Shown piece by piece: positions 49,301-59,900 of a stretch of DNA of 64,000 nt. Source of the stretch: Amoebophrya sp. A120 (Eukaryota > Protista > Dinoflagellata). The stretch's first letter is position 1. Every line of letters begins with the position of its first letter. The DNA is taken from the NCBI GenBank assembly GCA_905178155.1, contig CAJINV010000016.1, positions 496,001 through 560,000 on the forward strand, written 5' to 3'. Below the pieces are notes generated by a model. That model saw only the letters and a program-made list of their open reading frames with translations. It ran no database searches and was not told the DNA's origin. A program made the position numbers and the translations under genes.

Positions 49301-52300
49301 ACTTGTCATGCTGAGCCAGCACTTGTGGCCTCTTGGTGATACGCCACCCAGCATCACAAGTTTCCAGACCCAGACATTTTTGCATTTGATACTTGCTCCA
49401 ACAAGTCTCGTGGTATATCCGCACCGATTTTCCTATGTAAATACCGGTCCAGACCGTCTTTCTCTAAAGCGGACTTCGGCAAGAGACTCTCCAAATCTAA
49501 TTCCGGCATCTCCTGCCTGCTATCAACTGCAAATGTGTCTGGGTCTGGAAGAGTGCCAGACTTGTCATGCGGGTTTTCCATGACCCATGAGGTCTGGTAT
49601 GTAGGACATAGCATGACAGATTCTGGGATAGTTCCACGATGCCTATTCTGCATGAGAAACTGCGTCTCGATTAGGTCACAAGTGGACAGCTTTTGGTAAT
49701 CACGCAACACAGATTTCTACATGATTCAGATTTGGCATGACAAGTTCCAACCTTCCAGACGCACACATATTTGCAATGCATACCTGCGATGTGTCCGCAA
49801 CATGTCCTCCACCGCGGTTTTTTTGTCCACCACTTGCCTTAACTCCGTATGTCTCGCCGCGATCAACTTGGCCATCTCCTCTCTTTGCCCCTGCAAGTCG
49901 ACCGCGATGGACTCCTATGCATTGCAAAAGCAATATCGTACTCGTAGCGTACTAACTGCAGATATGCATGACAAATCGCCTTCCTAAGCCAAAACAACAT
50001 TACAAATTCCATCTGTCATGCTAACGAAATTTGTGATGCAATTTATACTAGTACGATGCTCCTTTTGCATTGCATAACTCCAGCTGGGATTCCTTCCCTG
50101 GAAGTTGCAGGTCCGGACCCATCATTATTTTTTCCGCCACCTCGTTCACGTTGTGCGCCGCCCCTTATGAGAGCGCACAACTCCCCACCCTCCCCTTCAT
50201 TTGTAATGCAAAATACCGAGTCAACCTCTTGCCTTTCAGCACTTTGCGCATGACAAGTTTTGGACGCTCCAACAGGACTACAATCCATGTCCGGATTTGT
50301 CATGCGGGAGCCACATAGCTGGTGTTGCTTGTGTTGCTGTTCTTGACATACAAATGAGGGGGACGGGGAGTTGTGCACTGTCATACCCCTAGACCGAGGG
50401 AATGGTGCAAGGATTTGGACCGCAACGCCTGCGTGTCGCCCAACTCCCGTTCGACCTCGGTTCGTTGCGCGTTATGCAAGAAAAAAACTGTGTAAGTGTA
50501 ACTTTGTAATGCAAAGCATGCAATAGAGTTACGCCTGTCATGCCAGACAGCCATAAAGTCCTCTTTTCATGTGTGTTTTCCCTTACAAGCCACGCATGAC
50601 AGGTTTTCGCTGTCATGTAGAGCAAATTTGTGATGCTATCAGCCAAGGAAAGTTACATTGACACAGTTTTTTTCTTGGATACGCGTGGAGAAGCGTGTAC
50701 TGCCGGTTTAATTCGTCGATCTCCTCGAGGAGCGCTTTTCTCCGTTCTTCCAAATGCTTCAACTTCAGCGTCATTTCCCGCGCGCGGACATCGTACATCT
50801 CTTCCACCGGTTCGATCTTGGCGCGGACACCAATGTTGGAGAGAACCTGATGAGTTGTGTTTGTAATGCGATTGAAGACAATCACAATGGTCATTGTCAT
50901 GGTGCTAACCGCATGGTAAATTCGCTTCAGATCTTCACACAGCGGGGCATAATGAAAATTCTGAAATCAGTACCTTGTATTTCCGATCTTCCGGCGAGAT
51001 CATGGGCCCGCGCATCGCGTCCAAGTCGTTCGTCTCTTCGTCCATCACGTGCCTGAGTCCAATCAGCCGGTTCGTCTCCATATCCACCGACCGCAGCTCC
51101 TGCCCGGCGTCTTGCAGCATGGTCATGATGTCCAGTCTCGATTCTAATAGTCGCATTTGATTCAACGTTTTTTCCTGGTCGCGGTCACCCAACACCGTCA
51201 CATCCGGCTCGGCAATGCGATTCATCTGGACCAAGCGAATGATGGTGGAAAAATCGTCGAACTTGTCCATCAGAACCTTGTAGCGGTGCCTGGTTTCCTC
51301 CTCCTCTCTCGTCCGGGGGCGGGCGCTGTTGATCATTCGATAGTTGTGCTGTACAAAAAATACAAGTGCCACAAATTTCTAGAAGTGCCATCTTCCAGGT
51401 AACAATGCACTCTGATTTCAACACTTGCAGAACAAAAAAAACAAGCTGAAACATTTTAATACATTCCCCGCAAGTGCCTCGCTGACTGCGCGGTCTGATT
51501 CGCCTTCTCGATGTCCGCTTCTAGCTGCATGATCTGCTGCAACATCCGCCACTTCCACTGCATCAGTTCGCACAGCCTGCACGTCTGTTCCCAAAACGCC
51601 CGTAGGGACTTACACACCTCCTCGATCTGCGGGGCCTGCTCCGCTAAATCTGCTCGTTGCTGCTCGGACAATTTGTCGTACTCGATACAGAAAGAAATCC
51701 CCCTATCCGCCAGCTCCTTTGGATCGTTGTTGTAAGCCGGATTCGTCTATGAAATGCAAAAATGTCTCGGTCTGGAAGATTGCTAGGTTTGTCATGCAGG
51801 TTTTCCATGACCCGCGCGCTCTGGCATGCACGGCCTAGCATGACAGGTTCAGTGAGATCTCTATCATGCCTATCCTGCATGAGAAACTGCCTCCAAACTG
51901 GTTCAAAAGTCGACCTCTTTTGGTAATCACGCAACACAAATTTTTCCACGATCCAGATGTAGCATGACAAGTGACGCTCTTCCAGACCCAGACATATTTG
52001 CAATGCATATCGTCCTCAACAAAGCTGTCATCGTCGCTTCGAGGTTTCGGTCCAAGTAGCTGATGTGGGCGAGCAACGTTTGTCTCCGGATCATCAGCAA
52101 CCTGGCGCGCTATGCTGAGCAAAAACGTCCCCACCCCCTAGTCAAGTTGGTATATCTACAACACAAATCTCCAAGTTTTGGGAGTTGTGCATTACAAGTG
52201 TTCATCTGCAGCGTTGTGCTGCTTAGCAAGGGAAGCCGCATGGGAAAGCCATTTTCTCATTCTGTTTACAGTATTAGAAATGCCAAAACACGATTGGCAA

Positions 52301-52990
52301 TGCCTCTCATGGGCGTGCGCATTACAGATGCTCCTGCCATTGCGCATTTGCATGACAACTCTGGGGTGGCGAGGTTTTTACACAGCATACGCGGGACTCG
52401 ATCGTCTGCCGCCCCATCAGACCCCGCGCGCGGACGTTCACGCCCTCGGATTCGAGCACCGCAACAGGGGAGGGCTCTTCGACCAAATCGTACATTTTCG
52501 CCGAGTCCTGGTCGGGAGACGCGTGTGGACCGCCATAGGCGTCGTCGAAAAAGAGGAAGTTCTTGTCTTTTTTGGAAGAAGATGACAAAGAACTTGGCAC
52601 AACATGCCTTGCCGTACTGCTGCTGGAGCCTCCCTCCTGCAGCCTTGACGATCCGAACTGTGACTCGAAATCGTCCAGATGATCCACCGCATAGAATTTC
52701 TTGGCCGCTGCACCAGTGGTCTCGTCCTTCTGCAGCTCCTTTTGATGCAGACCTGCACTTTCCTTCATGTCCCGGCGGAGATCGGCGGAGAAAAGATCGT
52801 CCGCTTCGCCGGAGAAGCTCATGCCAGGTATCAGATCTTTCACACTGGATTCGATGTCTTTTAATTGTTGGTACAGCTTCGCGTCCTTCGCCCTGCGGTC
52901 ATCGATACTCAGTTCGTGGTTCCCGCTTCGTTTTGAAGCTCCGCCGATATGATCAGGCGGAGCAAAGACGAGGTCTATGGAACCTGCCAT
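43336..52990 (-). CDS. Large multi-exon hypothetical protein with coiled-coil and low-complexity regions
   Basis: ATG 52990 (MAGSIDLVFAPP), coiled-coil exons at 50.7-51.7 kb, a ~2.2 kb exon at 46.3-48.5 kb and a terminal exon to 43336. Introns are a mix of introners and GT-AG type. Could be two genes. Confidence 0.6.
44720..45043. mobile_element. TIR introner family B
   Basis: TSD tggtg. Confidence 0.9.
45650..45945. mobile_element. TIR introner family B
   Basis: TSD aacag/gacag; similar to the 1118 copy. Confidence 0.88.
48535..48797. mobile_element. TIR introner family A (TCT left end)
   Basis: TSD gagcg/gaccg. Confidence 0.82.
48838..49096. mobile_element. TIR introner family A
   Basis: TSD gtggt. 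Confidence 0.9.
49152..49391. mobile_element. TIR introner family A (CAT left end)
   Basis: TSD cttgt/cttgc. Confidence 0.85.
49521..49782. mobile_element. TIR introner family A
   Basis: TSD cctgc, which allows a GT-AG register. Confidence 0.9.
49916..50076. mobile_element. TIR introner family C
   Basis: TSD actcc. Confidence 0.88.
50166..50385. mobile_element. TIR introner family F
   Basis: TSD cccct. Confidence 0.9.
50473..50681. mobile_element. TIR introner family E
   Basis: TSD cgcgt. Confidence 0.88.
51748..52009. mobile_element. TIR introner family A
   Basis: TSD tcgtc. Confidence 0.9.
52111..52389. mobile_element. TIR introner family D
   Basis: TSD cgcgc/cgcgg. Confidence 0.85.
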
Positions 52991-53922
52991 CTTGTAGTTT
53001 CTCTTCTTTTCGCAAAAGGTATTCAAGAACTACACGCACCAAGATGAAAGAACTATTATGTACTTTTTTGACACTCAAAGACTCACCACATTTGAAACAG
53101 TCGCTCCATAGATCGAAATCAATGCACATGCCAAAAATCGGGTCGCGGCTCTCGCTTTTCTTCTTGCTCTCGGTCGTTTTAGGCTCGTCCACGACACCGT
53201 GCGGGTCTTAATATTTCTCAAGTACGCAAAAAGTCCCTCAAAAACTCGCTCCGCGAAAAGAAAAGCAGATCGACCAAACGTTTTACGAAGACATGGACCG
53301 AGTGTGGATTTGGAAAACGAAGACGGAGATACGAGTTAATAGTACCAGCGCAAAGGCAACGCTCAGATACAGAGATTTAATGGATCTACAGTTTCTATGA
53401 TTCTTCAGTGTCTTTTGCAACTCTAGGAATTGTCACTGTGCTGAAACCTCTATTGTGCTTCTGGTGTTACGTGTGCATTTGTAGAAGTTGTGTTTTCTCC
53501 AAAAAAATATTTCGAAACAATTGATCACTATGTTTTTTTTCTTACGTTACATTCTACAAAAAAAGCCGCCGTTCCCTGGACAAGAACTTACACGGCATCT
53601 TCAGGTGTATTTTGGACGATCTTCGATCCCATAACTGTCGTGTCTGCAATCTTCATCATCTCTCTAGTCTCTCGATGCAAAAGACCTTTCTTTTTCGCTA
53701 AGTGTAGTAAAAGTGAGTACTCTGAAACTTTGCTGTACTTGTTTCTGCAAATCTGAATTCCCGTCGTGGTAAAAGGTGCTCCACATTACCCGGCGCGCTT
53801 CTCGTAATGTAAAAGTCGTACTATCATCTTCAACATCGGTGCTGTGTCTACAGTTGCTCACTCCTAGTCATCGCCCCAACTACTCCTGCTTCACATCAAC
53901 TTTGTGACCTGCAAGAAGCCGC

Positions 53923-56900
53923 TCACAAAAACGTGTACTCCTGGAAGTTGTTTGCGAAATCCAGGTGCTCGTAGTTGTCGATGTTGGGTTTTTGATGCAC
54001 CGGCACGCTGTTTCTTTTCTCGGAGTGGTAGTACACTCTTTCCGGTTGGTTTTTCCGCTCGAAGTCGTCGTCGTGCCACAGATCCTGTTCCGCATAACGG
54101 GTTCGCTTCGACTTGTGATCGTTGTAAAAATCTTGGTCCTCGTCGTTCGAGTCCCCCGGGTGCTGGTTTGCCGCCTCGGAAAAAATGGCGTGACCTTTGA
54201 TACAATTTTTTGTACACGAGTAGTGCATGACATCAAAGTGCTTCCACTTTTAAAGTAGATTTTGCATGACAAAAACCAAATCCGCAGTTGCAAAACAAGT
54301 ATAAAAACAGTTACCGCCCAAAAGTGGTTCCTCGTCTAGCATATCCAAGTACGGATCGTCCCCAAACCCGTCCCAATCGTGGTGGATTTTATGCATTGCA
54401 AAAGCATCCCATCGTGATTGTACTGCATTACAAATTTCTTCAAAACCAAAACGGAGAATGAAACTTGTCATGCAGCTTCCGGTTAGGAAGTAGCTTTGTC
54501 GTGCGTGGCTGCAATCTTCAGTCCGGCTACACTACTTTTGCACAGGATAGATTTCCCCGTGCTGGACCTCGTTTTTCTCTGCTTGTGGGTCGTCTCCCAG
54601 CCCGTCCCACTCCTTCGATTCCCCGTTGTCCTCCGGCCAATCGTAATCCGACCAGTCGTAGAGTTTCTTGCCCTTCTTGTGAAAGTCCCGCTCCGCGTCG
54701 GGATGGTCCGCTGGGTTGTGGACATGTGTTGTACTCTTTTCGCTGTAGTCGTGATGCGGGTCGAGGTGGTGGTTCAGCTCATCGTAGTCGTCAACGTCGA
54801 AATCTTCATGTTCGTCTGTTTTCTCCCCAGCATCATGCTGTTGACCTTTTTCTTCGCTTGTTGACAAGAAATTGTTGTTCTGGTCGTCTTTTGATGATAG
54901 TTTTTCATCATCATCTCCGTTAACACCTTCATTGTCGGTTTGCAAAAACGATTTCGTATTCTCCTTTTTCACGACCTTGTTGATATTACCGGTTTTCTTC
55001 TTGCTCACCGGGTTAATCTTCGGTTTCCCGTCATACACCGGCGTCCCTCCGCCTCCGGGTGGCGGCTCGGAACAAGCGGGGATGGAGGTCGTTGGGGTGT
55101 TTTCATCACGAGATCCACCATCGCCTTCTGCGACCGGTGCATCAGTGCAGAGGGGAACGCCGGGGGTCGTAGCTTCATCTTCACCTTTACCGTCTTCGCT
55201 GTGATCCTTTGGGGCTTCTGGTGGGGAGGTAGCAGATGAAGCAGTGTCATGATCTTCCTTCTCGTCTACTTCTTTCTCCGCTTTAAGCTCGGTCAGGGTT
55301 ACTGAAGGATCGGACTTTTGATGGGTGGTTGTATCTGCTTTCTCAGTCGGCTCTTGTTCCGCGACGTTGTTCACAGTTTTGATCTTGTTCCCGACCTGAA
55401 AGAATTTACGTGCTTGCTTATATTCGCTTCTGTTCGTTTCTCAGTGAAACCAGATCAAGATTGCATGCTGTATGTTCTTCCGTGCGGGTTCGCAGGCAAA
55501 GATTGCAAAAGATACACTCCCCTGAAAACCTCAAAAAAGCGATAGGGCGAAGGGCTCAAATCAAGCATGCCGTCGAGGCTGGCAACCACAAGTATGCCCG
55601 AGGGGGACCGAGGGGGGACCGGGGTCGAGCGACTTTTTTTCCCCCCACCAGCCGCAAAACACGACCTGAGTCTGGTTTCTGAGCGAAAACGGCACTCAAG
55701 CAACCAAAAAAAGTCGCTTTTCACTCAAAATTCCGCAACCCCGAGCGCATTCGGTCTCTTTCGATGGCCAACAACACAGAAAAAAGTCGCTCCCCCTCGG
55801 TCAACCTCGGTCCCCCTCTTCCCCAGTCTCCCGTGCGGTTTCGCGGAAAAAGATTGCAAAAGATGCTTTCCCACAAAGACGTCAAAAAAGCAACAGGGCG
55901 AAGGGCATAAATCAAGCATGCCGTCGGGGCTGGCGTTCGCAAGTATGCTTCAGGGGGACCGAGGGGGGACCGAGGTCGAGCGACTTTTTTTCCTCCCACC
56001 AGCCGCAAAACACGACCTGAGTCTGGTTTCTAAGCGAAAACGGCGCTCAAGCAACCAAAAAAAGTCGCTTTTCACTCAAAATGCCGCAATCCCGAGCGCA
56101 TTAGGTCTCTTCCGATGACCAACAACCTGGAAAAAAGTCGCTCGCCCTCGGTCAACCTCGGTCCCCCTCGTCCCCAGTCTCCCGTGCGGTTTCGTAGAAA
56201 AAGATTGCAAAAGATGCTTTCCCACAAAAACCTCAAAAAAGCAGCAGGGCGAAGCGAATAAATCAAGCATGCCGTCGGGGCTGGCGATCGACAGTATGCT
56301 CGAGGGGGACCGAAGGTTGACCGAGGTCGAGCGACTTTTTTTCCTCCCACTAGCACCAAAACACGACCTGAGTCTGGTTTGTGAGCGAAAACGGCGCCCA
56401 AGCAACCAAAAAAAGTCGCTTTTCACTCAAAACTCCGCAACCCCGAGCGCATTAGGTCTCTTTCGATGGCCAACAACACAGAAAAAAGTCGCTCGCCCTC
56501 GGTCAACCTCGGTCCCCCTCGTCCGCAGTCTCCCGTGCGGTTTCGCAGAAAAAGATTGCAAAAGATGCGTTCCCACAAAAACCTCAAAAAAGCGACAGGG
56601 CGAAGGGCTCAAATCAAGCATGCCGTCGAGGCTGGCGATCGCAAGTATGCCCGAGGGGGACCGAGGGGGGACCGAGGTCGAGCGACTTTTTTTCCTCCCA
56701 CCAGCCGCAAAACACGACCTGAGTCTGGTTTCTGAGCGAAAACGGCAATCAAGCAACCAAAAAAAGTCGCTTTTCACTCAAAATTCCGCAACCCCGAGCG
56801 CATTAGGTCTCTTTCGATGGCCAACAACACAGAAAAAAGTCGCTCGCCCTCGGTCAACCTCGGTCCCCCTCGTCCCCAGTCATCTCCCGTGCGGTTTCGC

Positions 56901-59900
56901 AGAAAAAGATTGCAAAACATGCTTTCCCACAAAAACCTGAAAAAAGCATCAAGGCAAAGGGCTTAGATCAAGCATGCCGTCGGGGCTGGCGATCGCAAGA
57001 ACGCTCGAGGGGGACCGAAGGCTGACCGAGGTCAAGCGACTTTTTTTCCTCCCACCAGCCGCAAAACACGACCTGAGTCTGGTTTCTGAGCGAAAACGGC
57101 GCTCAAGCAACCACAAAAAGTCGCTTTTCACTCAAAATTCCGCAACCCCGAGCGCTGTAGGTCTCTTTCGATGGCCAACAACACAGAAAAAAGTCGCTCG
57201 CCCTCGGTCAACCTCGGTCCCCCTCGTCCCCAGTCTCCCGTGCGGTTTCGCAGAAAAAGATTGCAAAAGATGCTTTGATGAAGAAAATTGAACTATACCT
57301 CCTCAATGCTTTTTTTCCACTCCTTCTTGTTCGTTTTACCGTCCTCAGACTCAGATAACCCAAGAGTATCTACGCTTTCCTTCTTTCCTCCTTCACTGGT
57401 GTGATCCTTGTCGTCGCCGCTCGTGCTTGTTTCTGCGTCCGTTCTTTCCTCACCTGCCTTCTCCGCCTGCTCCGCCGGCGCTGTTTCGCTTTTTTCGTCC
57501 TGAACCGTCGTTACTGTCGGAGTTACTTGCTCACCTTGATCCTGTGCGACATTTTTTTCTCCTTCGGTTGCTGGAGAAGTTGCAGTAGATAAATTTTCGT
57601 CCTCTTTCTGCAGTTTGTTCATCGTCTTCGCCCCGACGACGTCGCTTAGCTTCATAAAATCCGGATTCCCCAGGTATCGGTGCCGAGTCATCTGCGCAGC
57701 TTTTTCCGGATGTTTCGTATCGACAGAGGAAATTGTTCACCGCACACGGAGATGAAGAGCCAGTGTCTCAACTGAAGAACTTGCATAACACCAAGACCCT
57801 CTACCCTTGATCTTGAATCTCATTGATTCTGCATTACAGCTTTCGGTTTTATTTCAAGAGATGAGTTGGCAAGGTTTTTCATCTTCTACGAGTCGTGCAT
57901 AGTGAATCTCCAATGCGTATTTCGACGCAACCTCTTTCATCGCTTTGTCCTCCATTGCGGCCTCCTCCTTTTTCATTTTTTCCGTGTGGTCTTTCGCAAC
58001 CTGATCCAACATCTTGATTCGGATCTCCCACTCCTTGTGTTTCTGCTCTTCCTCGGGCGTCCGCGGCTTGTGATCTTCGTGGAGGTTTGTTTTGTCCTCC
58101 TTTTGGTCATCATGTGCTGATTTCTCTACTACTTCCGACTTACCTGTTTTGCTCTTTCCGTGCAGAGTACTGGTGGTTGCAGCATCTGTTCTTGACTGGT
58201 GCGACGTGGTCATCGTGGATTTTTTCCGTGCGAGTTGTGCCGTTCCTGTTGTCTCCTCTTCCTTCTTTGCATGATCGTTCTTACTGGACGCTGCTACTCC
58301 GCCGCTTAGTTTCTCCTTGTCAACGACGTGCCACTCATCTTTCGAACCTTTTTTATCCTCGACGGAAATAAATGATTCGTCCGCATGCTTGTTGTCGTCC
58401 GCTTGAAGGAACGACGTGCCAGTCGATGTACTGGGGCTGGCTTTGATGTCTTTGTTTTCCTCGCTAGTAGGTCTTGGCTTTTCATGGTCCAAAACATCAT
58501 CGTCGTCCTGGTTTGATTTTTTCCATTTCTCATTTACACCTCCACGTTCACATTTACGCTTAGCGAAGATCATGCACATCAGCACTTAACGAAATATCAA
58601 AATACCTCATCGTTTTGGTGGTCGTACGGCTCATCCACGGAGTTCATCGGGTTTAGGGGGACAGCTCCCGCTGCCGCGGTATGCATTGGAAAACAAGCCG
58701 ATAGGAGTTGTACTGTCTTCGATGGTCGAGTAACCTACTTCTTCGAGGATGCAGCCATATCTTCGAACATTTTCATGCTGATAATTTATCAGCATGGAAC
58801 TGTTTGATAGCCAACTTACACGACAGAACTACCACGGTGAAAAATTCATTCCTACCAGTTGTTATTCCAAAGCATACGATGGCATGGGTGCTGGTATCTC
58901 ATCTATTTGCACAAACCCTCCGGGCGCGGTGTTATGCGAGGGCGAAGGAACGGGGGGTTGGGTGGTGCCCTCCGTGGCCGGCGGTGGCGTTGCCGTGGTG
59001 GCTGGGCACGTGCAATTTTTCAGGACCCCCAGTAGACGCTCTTGGTCGGTGCAATTGTGGTTGCAAGGTATGCATTTTACAAATACGATCGAATCGCCTT
59101 GACGTTTGGAGATTTCTGTTGGTGAAGCTCGCATGATCGCAGAGTAGCTGCTCGTCTGGCGCAACAGTATCAGAAAAAATTTTGGGAGGCTCATATTGCA
59201 GTAGAGTCATTCGCAAGACGCATGACAAACTGAGTTAAAAATTCGCAGCAAATCATCAAGAGAACTCGCCACTCCTATTCGTGGATCTTCCCAAGTCTTG
59301 CTCTTCTTCATCTTCAAATTATCGCGTCACAATCACAAATTATCCAGGGACCACAGATCAATTATATTTGCAATGCGTACAAGGGGTCTGCTGGCAACAC
59401 GGCGGCGCGGTTACGTTTCCGTTAGTTCCGTATTACAATGAAAAATGCCCCCACCCCCGAACTTGGGAGCCTTTGTATTGCAAACCTTTCCAAATGAAAC
59501 ATTCGCCCTCTTGCATCTATCAGCATCACAGATTTCTAATCGCGAATAGCAAAAATTTGCATTGCAAAAGATCCCAGCAAAAGCGGCGCTTGTCATGCAA
59601 GCGATCATGCGATACCCGCCTAGACTCTGCATCAGAGAGATTCGTACCCCTTGCATGCATGACAAAAAGTTTTCATTTGGAAACTTCGCATCGCAAATTT
59701 TTGCAAATTTGAGGGTGGGGGCATTTTTCACTGTGATATCCCGTTCAGCGTCTGCTGGATCTGCGTCCCGTTCGACGGTGGGGACGCTGTGGTCGTCACC
59801 GTACCGGTTTTCGGTGAACCTTCGGGAATGCTCTTGCTCTTACTATTGCTTCCCGCCAGGCCCAACATTTTCTTCAACCCGTTGTAGTTCTCCCGCAGCA

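Noticed and set aside
55470-57277. 5S rRNA or spliced-leader RNA gene array
   Set aside because: No 5S consensus and no CCGTAGCCATTTTGGCTCAAG match; only a short gctcaag similarity.
55567-57291. Plus-strand 117-aa repeat protein (351 = 3 x 117)
   Set aside because: Units contain stops, the ORFs are antisense within an intron whose removal joins the host exons in frame, and no domain is recognisable.
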